Assembly (NCBI GenBank): GCA_049472335.1
Contig: JBLIRO010000068.1
Coordinates: 1 to 27,021 of the forward strand
DNA length: 27,021 bases
Direction of reading: 5' to 3'
Origin: a bacterium
GTDB lineage: Bacteria; SZUA-182; DTGQ01; JAFGSM01
A program made the position numbers and the translations under genes. This document shows positions 8,117 to 17,410 of the stretch, piece after piece. How positions within the stretch are numbered: position 1 is the first letter of the stretch; the number at the start of each line of letters is the position of its first letter. The notes beneath the pieces are model-generated. The model did not search any database. It was not told where the DNA came from and worked only from the letters and a program-made list of their open reading frames with translations.

Positions 8117-9556
8117 ATGCGTAATATAATTGCAATCGGAATTGTTTGTATTTCAATTGCCAGAGGTGTATTTATCGTTTCATCTTATGCCCTTCACCTT
8201 TTTTTGGGTAGATATCTCGGGCCGGCCGATTATGGAGTCGTAGGGATTCTGTTGGCTCTGCTCATCTTCTTTAGAGTATTTTTAAAGGATGGATTGTTTC
8301 ATGCTGTATCACGTTATACATCTGCACATCATAATCAATCCCGATCCATAAGAAGAAAAATATTAAAGCTGCAATTGGTGCTTGTTTTCTTACTCTCCGG
8401 GGTCTATTTTTTTTCATCAAATATTATGGCAGATTTTTTACATGACCCAAAATTTATTTCTTATATTCGCTTATCCGCATTTATTCTTCCTCCTATAGGC
8501 CTGTTTTTTATCTATATGGGCTCTCTTAATGGTTTGAGATTATTTCATAAACAAGCTCTGGGATCCGGTTTTTATGGCATTATGCGTTTTTTATGTGTTT
8601 TTGCCTTTGTCATGCTCGGATTAAGAATTAACGGAATTATTTTTGGGCTTTTTCTTGCCCCTCTGATGGCCTTAATCTTAACACGGTATCTTTGTATTTC
8701 TTCGGAGTCTGATCAAGAAGGTGACTTCAATCTATCCATTAAAGAAATCCTTCCATTTGCCGCCCCTATTATTTTATTCTCAGCAGGGATAACGATTTTG
8801 ATGTCACTCGATCTTTTTTTGGTTAAATCCCTACTGCGCAGTAATGATCAGACAGGATTTTATACGGCGGCCACAATGATCGGAAAACTTCCTTACCATT
8901 TCATAGTCTCTTTTACCCTTACGCTGTTTCCCTCTGTTTCGCGAGCCCATGCCCAGAATAATCTGGAAAAAATTCGTCATTATATCAGACGTTTTGCAAA
9001 ATATATCACCCATATAATGCTCCCGACTGTTACCATAATATCTATTTTAGCCTCTGAAATTATAACTATAATCTACTCGAAAAGATTCATTCCAAGTTCA
9101 CAACCACTTTCAATAATCATATGGGGAAACGCATTTCTGGCATATTTCCTTTTCTGTTCAACGATCTTTATGGCCATAGGAAGACCGAAGACCCCTTTCT
9201 TTTTTTTATGTATCTCCCTTCCTCTGGCAATCATTTTGAATCTGCATTTAATTCCTAAATATAATTTGATTGGCGCTGCGCTGGCTACTACTTTATCGCA
9301 TTTAACCGGCCTGATCCTTTCTTCATGGTATGTAATGAAGTGTCTTAATATATCTATATCGATAAAAACGATATTTATTACAATCCTGGGGATATCAACA
9401 GTAATAATATCTTCTTATCTTTTACCATTGCATGGGTTATTAATATTGATAAAATGTTTTATTTTATTCCTTATCTATATAACGATAATGGTTATTTGCA
9501 AAGAAATAAATATTGAAGACATTAAGAGTATCAGGGAAATATTTATAAGAACCTGA
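8117..9556 (+). CDS. Wzx/MOP-family oligosaccharide flippase
   Basis: Many hydrophobic segments; RYLGPADYG, D.FLV..L.....GFYTAA, LIPKYNLIGAALAT motifs. Confidence 0.88.
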   Translation: MRNIIAIGIVCISIARGVFIVSSYALHLFLGRYLGPADYGVVGILLALLIFFRVFLKDGLFHAVSRYTSAHHNQSRSIRRKILKLQLVLVFLLSGVYFFSSNIMADFLHDPKFISYIRLSAFILPPIGLFFIYMGSLNGLRLFHKQALGSGFYGIMRFLCVFAFVMLGLRINGIIFGLFLAPLMALILTRYLCISSESDQEGDFNLSIKEILPFAAPIILFSAGITILMSLDLFLVKSLLRSNDQTGFYTAATMIGKLPYHFIVSFTLTLFPSVSRAHAQNNLEKIRHYIRRFAKYITHIMLPTVTIISILASEIITIIYSKRFIPSSQPLSIIIWGNAFLAYFLFCSTIFMAIGRPKTPFFFLCISLPLAIILNLHLIPKYNLIGAALATTLSHLTGLILSSWYVMKCLNISISIKTIFITILGISTVIISSYLLPLHGLLILIKCFILFLIYITIMVICKEINIEDIKSIREIFIRT

Positions 9557-9644
9557 CATTTTGGTTATAAGAAAGAGGTTAATTGGGGTCAGATTTTTAA
9601 GAATGTCAGATAAAATACCGATCCGGTGTCGGCAGCATAATCGT

Positions 9645-9673
9645 TTGATAAAAAGGCCCTGATCGAGTATAAT
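9645..9673 (+). promoter_or_regulatory. sigma70-type internal promoter
   Basis: TTGATA (9645-9650), 17 bp, TATAAT (9668-9673), upstream of the radical SAM gene. Confidence 0.7.
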
Positions 9674-9771
9674 GTCTTGAAATTATTAATAAAAATAAAA
9701 AATATTTTTGTCTGTATTTTATGAATTTATGGTGTAAAAGCTTAGTTGATTAATGCTTAAAAGGATTAAAG

Positions 9772-10947
9772 ATGGACTTGTTTTATTATTTTAAGGATAT
9801 ACTTCCTCAGATTGTCCGGTATAGACTGATGAGATTTGGAATAAATGTGTCATTTCGTCCCATTGTTTTGACATTTTCAGTGACTAATCGATGTCAATCT
9901 CACTGTTTGACCTGCAGAATATGGGAACTATATCAAAAACATCCGGAAAGAATCAGAGAAGAGCTCAATATAGATGAAATAAAAAAAATTTTTCAGGCCA
10001 TGCCTCATATCTTTTTCTTTAATATCAGCGGCGGGGAACCATTTCTACGTGAAGATCTTGTAGAAATCATCAAACTCGCATGCCGTTATCTTACACCCGG
10101 AATTATACATATACCCACAAATGCTTTGCTCTCGAAACGTATTGAAAAGATGACAGATCGAATTGCTCAGGCTGTATATGACTATAGTCCTGAAGTGCCA
10201 CTGACTATAAAACCTTCAATCGACGGTATTGGTGAAAATCACGATCGTATAAGAGGGGTTAAGGGAAATTTCGAGAAATTAATCGAGACCATAGAAAGAC
10301 TCAAAAAGCTTGAAAAGAAACATCCGAATTTGCATCTGGAATTAGGGACCGTGGTATCTATGGCAAACATTGACGATCTGGACAAGATTTCGGATTTTGT
10401 CCACGGCCTTGGAGTGGAAAGCTATAGGAATGAAATCGCTGAACAAAGAGAAGAATTTTTCAACATAAATGATCCCATAACGCCAACACCGGATGTCTAT
10501 AAACAACTTATGGAAAATTTTTCACAAAAGATCCGAAAAAATATTTTTACTAAAAGAGATCTTGCCAAGATTACGGAATCTCTCAGATTGGTTTACTACG
10601 ATCTTGCAGCAAGGACATTAATGATGAAAAAGCAGGTTATACCTTGTTATGCAGGGATTTCAAACATTCATTTGACTCCTTACGGTGATGTCTGGCCATG
10701 CTGTGTTCTTGGATATACCAAGCCTATGGGAAATCTTAGAGAAACTAATTATGATTTCAACAAGATCTGGCATTCATCTCAAGCGAAAGAAGTAAGAAGA
10801 TATATCACTGATGGAAATTGTTATTGTCCGTTAGCCAATCAAATGTATTCCAATATACTTTGCAATATTCCATCCACAATCAAAGGTTTTTTGAATATAG
10901 TATATTTTAGATTTTATCATTATTTTAAAAGAAATAAAGCTGAATAA
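9772..10947 (+). CDS. Radical SAM protein with SPASM/twitch domain
   Basis: CQSHCLTC (CxxxCxxC), SGGEP, SIDG...HDRIRG, and C-terminal CYAG......PYGDVWPCC......GNL....F.KIW.S plus CYCP. Confidence 0.92.
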   Translation: MDLFYYFKDILPQIVRYRLMRFGINVSFRPIVLTFSVTNRCQSHCLTCRIWELYQKHPERIREELNIDEIKKIFQAMPHIFFFNISGGEPFLREDLVEIIKLACRYLTPGIIHIPTNALLSKRIEKMTDRIAQAVYDYSPEVPLTIKPSIDGIGENHDRIRGVKGNFEKLIETIERLKKLEKKHPNLHLELGTVVSMANIDDLDKISDFVHGLGVESYRNEIAEQREEFFNINDPITPTPDVYKQLMENFSQKIRKNIFTKRDLAKITESLRLVYYDLAARTLMMKKQVIPCYAGISNIHLTPYGDVWPCCVLGYTKPMGNLRETNYDFNKIWHSSQAKEVRRYITDGNCYCPLANQMYSNILCNIPSTIKGFLNIVYFRFYHYFKRNKAE

Positions 10948-11012
10948 GGTAAATAACCCATTAATATTTTTGAAGAAAAACATATCAGGGGGCTTATAAA
11001 AGGAAAGTTAAT

Positions 11013-12014
11013 ATGAAGGTTCTTATCACAGGGGCGACAGGTTTTTTAGGAAAAAATCTTGTCAATGCACTTTGTGAAACAGGTTATCAATGCCGGTGTG
11101 TTACTCGTTCCAAAAACATTATGGATTCATTTAGCGGCAATTATAAAATTGACTGGTTTTATGCTGACATGAATGATCCTTCAACACTTGAAGGTATTGA
11201 GGATGGTATTGACGCAGTTTTTCACCTTGCCGGAGTGATGGGGCATATAGGAGCCTTCAGTGCGAAGGAAAGGGATTGGAAATTGTTCAAAACTGTTAAT
11301 GTGGAAGGAACACGAAATATTGTCAATCGTTTTATCTCTCGTCCTTTGAAAAGATTTATTTATATTTCCTCCACAGCCGCAATGGGAATCATTCCGGATA
11401 TAATTGTGGATGAGAACACGCCGATGCGACCCAAAACTCCATATCAATGTTCCAAGGCAGAAGCGGAAGAGTTATTGAAAGAGTATTACAACTCATATGG
11501 ATTACCGGTAATAATCTTACGTCCCTGTGTGTTTTATGGCAATGGAATGGTAGGAGATCTTCGCAAACTGGCTCTTTTTGTAAAAAGAGGTATATTGCCA
11601 CATATAGGACGTGGAGAAAATCTCTCGCCTCTGATTCATGTTAATGAATTGGTTGATGCCTGCATTGCATCTCTTGAAAGAGGAAGGGCGGGTGAAATAT
11701 ATATAATAGCTTCTTCTCGGTCATATTCAATAAGGGAATTGGCTGCAAGTGTAAAAAAATCCATGAATAACAGACCTTTTGAATTCACTATTCCTGTCTT
11801 CGCAGCATATACGATAGCGTTTTTTTGTGAATGTCTCTATAAGTTCCTTGATATTAAACCTCTAATCACAATGGAAAATATCAAGGGTGTAGTAGCAAAT
11901 AGAAGATTCTCTATTAAAAAGGCTGAAAAAGAGCTAGGTTTCAGACAAGAAACAAGCCTGGATCAATGCGTGGAAGATTCCATAAGATGGCTTCGGGAAA
12001 ATCATTTTATTTAA
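11013..12014 (+). CDS. NAD-dependent epimerase/dehydratase (extended SDR)
   Basis: TGATGFLG, FHLAG, NVEGT, ISSTAA, YQCSK (YxxxK), LRP..FYG. Confidence 0.92.
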   Translation: MKVLITGATGFLGKNLVNALCETGYQCRCVTRSKNIMDSFSGNYKIDWFYADMNDPSTLEGIEDGIDAVFHLAGVMGHIGAFSAKERDWKLFKTVNVEGTRNIVNRFISRPLKRFIYISSTAAMGIIPDIIVDENTPMRPKTPYQCSKAEAEELLKEYYNSYGLPVIILRPCVFYGNGMVGDLRKLALFVKRGILPHIGRGENLSPLIHVNELVDACIASLERGRAGEIYIIASSRSYSIRELAASVKKSMNNRPFEFTIPVFAAYTIAFFCECLYKFLDIKPLITMENIKGVVANRRFSIKKAEKELGFRQETSLDQCVEDSIRWLRENHFI

Positions 12015-12027
12015 AAGGGATAATAAC

Positions 12028-12813
12028 ATGATTGAGATTGAACCCTTTGGAGTCGATTATGAGCGATATTCCCTGGCAAAATGCCTTGGTAAAATTGTAA
12101 GAAGATATAATATATGCAGTTGCGCTGAACTGCCCGCCCATGGGGCAAAGGCAATGCCGTCGATCTATTCTCTTGGGTTGGCACAGGCAGGGGCTCATGT
12201 AACACTAATAAACCCGTCACCATCGGTAGAGTCGAACTGGGAGGAAGTGAATCTTAAGCACTTGATGACGATTTCCAATCAGGATGAAATACATCATACT
12301 TCATTTCCGGACAATTCGTTCGATTTTGTCTGGAATTTTGCATATTTTCCCATGGATTTGAATCCGGAATTGTTATTGACAGAAATGAAAAGAATGTCAA
12401 ATCGCTATATTGCGATATTTTCAGTGAACGGTAGAAATGTCGGCGCCTATATCCATAGGATTTTACACCGTGTGCTAGACATACCCTGGACACATGGTAA
12501 TGTTAATTTCAATTTCCCGAAAAGATTGGACCGTTTTATAAAACTACACGGCTTGAATATAGTTAAAACCGGTGTGACAGATTGCCCTTTCTGGCCTGAT
12601 TCACTCGGATTTCGAGATGTCAGACTTCATCGTCTTGGTGTAAAAGAGATGGCTACGGAATGGAGATCAAAAACCCTGGAATGGATGAAGACCTGTAAAT
12701 ATCCAGGATGGATCTATGGGGTGTATTTTTTTGAATCAATTCCAATGCCCCTTTTGATTAAATATATTTATGCTCACATATTTTACATTATTGGTGAAAA
12801 AAAAAGTGGTTAA
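12028..12813 (+). CDS. Class I SAM-dependent methyltransferase-like protein with atypical motif I
   Basis: FPDNSFDFVWN and LL.EMKRMS.RYI resemble MTase motifs II/III. The motif-I position reads AELPAHG instead of a glycine-rich loop. Confidence 0.6.
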   Translation: MIEIEPFGVDYERYSLAKCLGKIVRRYNICSCAELPAHGAKAMPSIYSLGLAQAGAHVTLINPSPSVESNWEEVNLKHLMTISNQDEIHHTSFPDNSFDFVWNFAYFPMDLNPELLLTEMKRMSNRYIAIFSVNGRNVGAYIHRILHRVLDIPWTHGNVNFNFPKRLDRFIKLHGLNIVKTGVTDCPFWPDSLGFRDVRLHRLGVKEMATEWRSKTLEWMKTCKYPGWIYGVYFFESIPMPLLIKYIYAHIFYIIGEKKSG

Positions 12814-14053
12814 GGGTAAAAGGAAAAAATACAGGATTCTCATTTCAGGCGGATATGGCAATGGTAATGCGGGAGATGAGGCTCTCTTGATTACAATGCT
12901 TGAACATCTAAGAAATGAGCTGGATGGCGATTGCGAATTAAAGATTTTTTCCGATAATGTAAGTTTTTCCTGTAAAAGATTTAAAGAGCATTTTATTTAT
13001 TCAGGAGGGCGTGGAATTTTTGAAGAAAATAAAAAAGGCCTGTCAAGTATCGAATGGTTTTATGAGAATATTAAAGCCATTATATGGTGTGATCTCTTTA
13101 TCACAGGGGGCGGAACAATTCTTCAGGACTCAACAAATATTTTTTTTATTCCTTTCTGGCTTTCAAAAATATTTCTTGCCTATGTTTTCAGAAAAAAAAC
13201 AATGATGTATGGAATCGGTGTTGGTCCAATGAATTCAAGATTGATGAGGTTTTTATGCAAGATTATCGTCAACCGTATGGATTTGATTACCCTGCGAGGC
13301 AAGTTTTCATATTATGAGCTAAGAGATATGAATATCAAACGGCCCTCTATCTATGTAACTGCTGATCCCGCGGTTGCTTTAAAACCATCACCTGCGGTCA
13401 TAGCCCAAAAAATTTTAGAATCCGAAGGGATTGATTTAAACTTCAAATTTGTAGGATTTTGCGTTCGGCAATGGTATATCACTCATCGTAAGTCATTGCG
13501 AGGTGTACCATATTGGAGTGCGGAGAACAGAAGGAAATATGAAGGCGTAATAGAGTCATTTGCTAGAATAGCTGATCATATAATTGCCAGGCATAAAAGG
13601 CATATTTTATTTATTCCCATGTCTATTGTAGGAACAAAAGATGATCGAGAGGCGGCAAATGATATTGCCGGTAAAATGAAACAGAAACTTGAATACGTTC
13701 ACATTATAAAGGGTGATTATTCGCCTCAAGATATTAAAAGCCTTATTGGTCAATGTTCTGCTTTAATTGCGATGCGTCTCCATTCAGCGATTTTTGCAGT
13801 ACCTCTCCGGATTCCGTTGATCCCTATCGCATATGGTATGAAAATGAAAGATTTTATGGAAGAGTTTGGATTAGGTGACCATGTAATACGTCTCGATGAT
13901 ATTTCAGATAATGATTTGTTAATCCGTGTGGATGAAATTTTAGTTAATCCTGAAGATTTTATGGTTCCGGAATCAAAAATAGAGGATGCAAGAGATAAAG
14001 CCTTGCTCAATTCTTCTCTCGCCATACAATTGCTTAAATCTATTCGCGCCTGA
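12770..14053 (+). CDS. Polysaccharide pyruvyl transferase (CsaB/WcaK family); true start may be GTG 12794 or 12806
   Basis: ISGGYGNGNAGDEALL, GGGTILQD, YGIGVGP, ITLR, TADPA, IAMRLHSAIFA. Confidence 0.9.
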   Translation: MLTYFTLLVKKKVVKGKRKKYRILISGGYGNGNAGDEALLITMLEHLRNELDGDCELKIFSDNVSFSCKRFKEHFIYSGGRGIFEENKKGLSSIEWFYENIKAIIWCDLFITGGGTILQDSTNIFFIPFWLSKIFLAYVFRKKTMMYGIGVGPMNSRLMRFLCKIIVNRMDLITLRGKFSYYELRDMNIKRPSIYVTADPAVALKPSPAVIAQKILESEGIDLNFKFVGFCVRQWYITHRKSLRGVPYWSAENRRKYEGVIESFARIADHIIARHKRHILFIPMSIVGTKDDREAANDIAGKMKQKLEYVHIIKGDYSPQDIKSLIGQCSALIAMRLHSAIFAVPLRIPLIPIAYGMKMKDFMEEFGLGDHVIRLDDISDNDLLIRVDEILVNPEDFMVPESKIEDARDKALLNSSLAIQLLKSIRA

Positions 14054-14107
14054 GTTTTTAGGATCTGTTCTAAGTATCTGAAATATATTTTAAATTAAAA
14101 AAATCCA

Positions 14108-14136
14108 TTGATTTTACTCAGCAAATTTTATATATT
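14108..14136 (+). promoter_or_regulatory. possible sigma70-type promoter
   Basis: TTGATT (14108-14113), 17 bp, TATATT (14131-14136) in the intergenic gap before the second pyruvyl transferase. AT-rich context lowers specificity. Confidence 0.45.
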
Positions 14137-14250
14137 GTATTAGAAGAGTTAACGACTGCATATAAAGGAGTAGTTGTCGTATACAGATACCATTTCAATA
14201 GAGTATTCTTATAGGTCTAGTATTAGATACAAGTCAAAGAGGTAAATAAT

Positions 14251-15483
14251 TTGTCAAAGAACATTCTTTTCTGGCGATTGCAGCAGATGCAGCGGAGCGG
14301 ATCGAATATTGGAGACAGGGCAATCTCAAATGCCATGTTTTCGGCCATATCAAAGGCGGTTCCCGACGCTCGATTTTTTGTTTACACACGTAATCCTGAA
14401 TTTTTACCTTCAGAATACAATTGTGAAGGGATCAACATTTTCAATATAAAGGGATTTATCAATGGTATAAGGGTATTAGCCAAAGCAGATCTTGTGATTT
14501 TGGGAGGAGGCACAATTATTCAGGATAAATCCTCTAAGATGGTAATAATTTTCAATCTGAGTTTTGCCTGCCTGGCTTTATTATTCCGCAAGAAAGTCAT
14601 GTGTTATGCGATTGGAATAGGCGGGAAGAGTGAAATTTCACCATTCGGCAGGTGGCTTGCCAGGATGGTTTTAAATCGCTGTGCCATGATAACTTTACGT
14701 GATACCGAGTCAGCGAAGATGTCCGAAGAAATCGGGGTGACACGCCCTCCCACCTTTATTACTGCTGATGCGGCAGTCTTGCATAGACAAGCACCTCCGG
14801 AGAAAATCGATTTAATTCTGGAAGAATTAGGTATTAAACCGGATGACAGGCCGCTTATCGCAATTTCGCTAAGAAGGGTTTTTCACCGTACCGGCGGGAT
14901 TTTACCAGTAAGTGTAAAAATCAAATTTGGGCTAATGAATAATAATTGGGAAAAAAAGATAAAGATTTTTAAGAACAAAGTTGCGAATATTTGTGATGAA
15001 TTAATCGAGCGCTATAATGCAATTCTGATTTTTGTTCCTATGTATACCGGTGAATCATTCTTCTCTCCCAGGGACGATATTTTTACTCAGAAAGTGGTTG
15101 CACGCATGAAGCATAAATCTGCAACAAGGATACTTAAAAAACATTATACCCCTGCTCAGATAAAAGGGCTTTTTTCAATGGTGGACTTGGTTATCGGTGT
15201 GCCTCTTCATTCTGTAATCCTTGCAACTACTGCCGGAACACCGGCTATTTCTCTCTGTTACGCTGATAAAAATATCCGGTATATGAGAATGATCGGAATG
15301 GAAGATATTACTCTGGATCTTCGTAAATTTAATAATACCCTGGAAAAAGAAAAACTTATGAATCTGGTTGATTATTGTTTGAAAAACAAGGGTCCCCTGA
15401 CCCTTAAACTCAAAAAAAGGATAAACCTGCTCAAACAGGAATGCGAAAAAAATGCTTCTTTGCTTTTAGATGTTTTATATTAG
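14251..15483 (+). CDS. Second polysaccharide pyruvyl transferase (CsaB/WcaK family)
   Basis: TTG start after GAGGT. Motifs NIGDRAI, GGGTIIQD, YAIGIG, ITLRD.ES, TADAA, GVPLHSVILA. Confidence 0.88.
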   Translation: MSKNILFWRLQQMQRSGSNIGDRAISNAMFSAISKAVPDARFFVYTRNPEFLPSEYNCEGINIFNIKGFINGIRVLAKADLVILGGGTIIQDKSSKMVIIFNLSFACLALLFRKKVMCYAIGIGGKSEISPFGRWLARMVLNRCAMITLRDTESAKMSEEIGVTRPPTFITADAAVLHRQAPPEKIDLILEELGIKPDDRPLIAISLRRVFHRTGGILPVSVKIKFGLMNNNWEKKIKIFKNKVANICDELIERYNAILIFVPMYTGESFFSPRDDIFTQKVVARMKHKSATRILKKHYTPAQIKGLFSMVDLVIGVPLHSVILATTAGTPAISLCYADKNIRYMRMIGMEDITLDLRKFNNTLEKEKLMNLVDYCLKNKGPLTLKLKKRINLLKQECEKNASLLLDVLY

Positions 15484-15590
15484 GGGGCATTGAAAAAGAT
15501 GCGCACATTTTTAATCAACGAGGTGTTGAAAAATTTTAACTAATGTTCTAAGCCGCCGGCAAGGGCGTTGTGGTAGTTTCCTGTTTTGGG

Positions 15591-17270
15591 TTAAAGCTTG
15601 TAAATTTTTATTTCAGGGCCGGGTTTATCGACAAAATTGTTTTCAAATTGCTTAAACAGTGGTAGTGACTCATCAAGTGAAAGATAAAAATTTTTCCATC
15701 CGGAGACGAGTTCCGGGTGTTCCCTCATAGAATCCGGATAGAAATAGATTATGTTGTCATAGCTTGAGGTAATAACATATTCGAAACCCGCCTTTCTAAG
15801 CATTTCAATATTTGGAACTATGTCCATATTTTCGCCCCGATAGTAAAAAATTTTATAAGTGGTGCTGGAAATGCAGGGAGGATAAAGAATCGGAGCAAAA
15901 ATTCTTGTTCCGGGCTTAATATGTTTTTCGATCCATTGACCCGATTCTATTCTGGTATTAGGATGCGATAACAGGTAAACATATCTGAAGGTCCTTATCC
16001 CTGTAGGTAAGACAAATAAAATGCTCAGGCATAGCAATATCCATCCCTTGCACTTCAGCAATTTTATCCGGGAAAAGACATCCACGAGAAACCTTGCGGC
16101 CATAACACAAAATATAGGATAGAGAAAATAGAAATATCTTATTATCCTTTTATTACCTGGACCTGCAAGAAAAATATAATAGCAGATGATAAGGAGGGCA
16201 AATCCTATATCAAGGGGTTGAATTTTGTCCCTGTTAGTGAAACCTCTGTACAACGCATAAATAACCCCAAATAGAAGTAAAATCAGAATGGGTAAACCCA
16301 TTGCTCCCCAAAAGGAATCAATGGCAAGGGGTTCGTAATTGCTTGGTATCCGGGAGAATAAATAATCAAAATACCAGCTTTGCGTAAAACCAAGTTTCCC
16401 TCCGCTCTGGGCTGCCAATTGTTTTGAATAACGGCCAAAATAGTTACTGAACCGGACAAGGATGATAGGTGTTCCTATGATGAAGCTTATGGGAATCATT
16501 ACCAAACCTGATAATGGATAACCATATAATTTTCTGGTGTCACTGGTGGTTTTATGCTCCTCCCACCATCTGAATCCCATAACAACCAGAAAGGGTATCA
16601 CCAAAAAAACCGGCAGATATTTTGTAGATACACCCAGTCCGATGAAAGTTCCGGCCAGCAGATAATTCTTTAATCCTCCGTCATGATTCAGACATGCTAT
16701 ATAATAAAGCGCAATGGCCGACATGAGAGCCATTATCGCATCGGTCATTGGATATCTGGAGTCTTTAACATGAAAGAACATCAGGGCCAAAAAAAGCGCT
16801 GAGCAAAGCCCTATCCGGTCATCCTTAAACGCCTTTGCCCCCAGGAGAAAGACAAAGAATACGGTTAATACGCCTGCAAGTGCGCTTGTTATCCTTGCGA
16901 TCAGATAAAAAACAGATGGTACGGCCTGATATAAATATCCCGAACCTTTTGGGGTATATAACGCATTGACGGCCTCGGTAAAGTTTTTAAATCTGCCCTG
17001 CCAGTTGCCAATAAGCGCATAACTGACCGCATAAACAGTAAATTCAACAACCAGGAGGTTTAAGAAAAGGGTTGGATATTGGTATTGTTTTGGATCTATA
17101 TCAAATTTTCCATTTAGAATGTTCAAGGTTATTCTTTTCGACAGACCTACCGTTTTCTGAGCATCTATGTACATAATGTCCGGAAGACCATGGTTTATCG
17201 CCGTTAAACGGACGAACAGCGCAATCAGTATAATCAGACCTAAAAGCCAGTATTTTGTTTTAATCTTCAT
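15591..17270 (-). CDS. GT-C membrane glycosyltransferase (ArnT/PMT, GT39/GT83-like)
   Basis: N-terminal TM with RL and YID, YPTLF, ARITSALAG, GLGVSTKY, multiple TM helices, and a soluble C-terminal tail. Confidence 0.82.
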   Translation of the reverse strand: MKIKTKYWLLGLIILIALFVRLTAINHGLPDIMYIDAQKTVGLSKRITLNILNGKFDIDPKQYQYPTLFLNLLVVEFTVYAVSYALIGNWQGRFKNFTEAVNALYTPKGSGYLYQAVPSVFYLIARITSALAGVLTVFFVFLLGAKAFKDDRIGLCSALFLALMFFHVKDSRYPMTDAIMALMSAIALYYIACLNHDGGLKNYLLAGTFIGLGVSTKYLPVFLVIPFLVVMGFRWWEEHKTTSDTRKLYGYPLSGLVMIPISFIIGTPIILVRFSNYFGRYSKQLAAQSGGKLGFTQSWYFDYLFSRIPSNYEPLAIDSFWGAMGLPILILLLFGVIYALYRGFTNRDKIQPLDIGFALLIICYYIFLAGPGNKRIIRYFYFLYPIFCVMAARFLVDVFSRIKLLKCKGWILLCLSILFVLPTGIRTFRYVYLLSHPNTRIESGQWIEKHIKPGTRIFAPILYPPCISSTTYKIFYYRGENMDIVPNIEMLRKAGFEYVITSSYDNIIYFYPDSMREHPELVSGWKNFYLSLDESLPLFKQFENNFVDKPGPEIKIYKL

Positions 17271-17351
17271 TTATGATGGTTTCGTAAATAATTATTCAGT
17301 GATTCAGGGGCTTTTCCTTTTTTAAAATCAAAGGGATCGATTTTCTTACAA

Positions 17352-17381
17352 AGTATATCCAATGAATGCGATTATTGTCAA
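17352..17381 (-). promoter_or_regulatory. sigma70-type promoter for the GT-C gene
   Basis: Minus strand TTGACA (17381-17376), 18 bp, TATACT (17357-17352). Confidence 0.6.
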
Positions 17382-17410
17382 ACGAGGCCGGCCATTGATA
17401 TTTGACAATA
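17373..17410. repeat. Perfect 10-bp inverted repeat immediately after the ubiB-family stop codon
   Basis: TATTGTCAAA (17373-17382) and TTTGACAATA (17401-17410), 18-nt loop. Confidence 0.65.

Noticed and set aside
6283..12805. A8-A9/T8 homopolymers in glycan genes as phase-variation tracts
   Set aside because: All frames are intact and such runs are expected in AT-rich DNA. No read data to show length variation.
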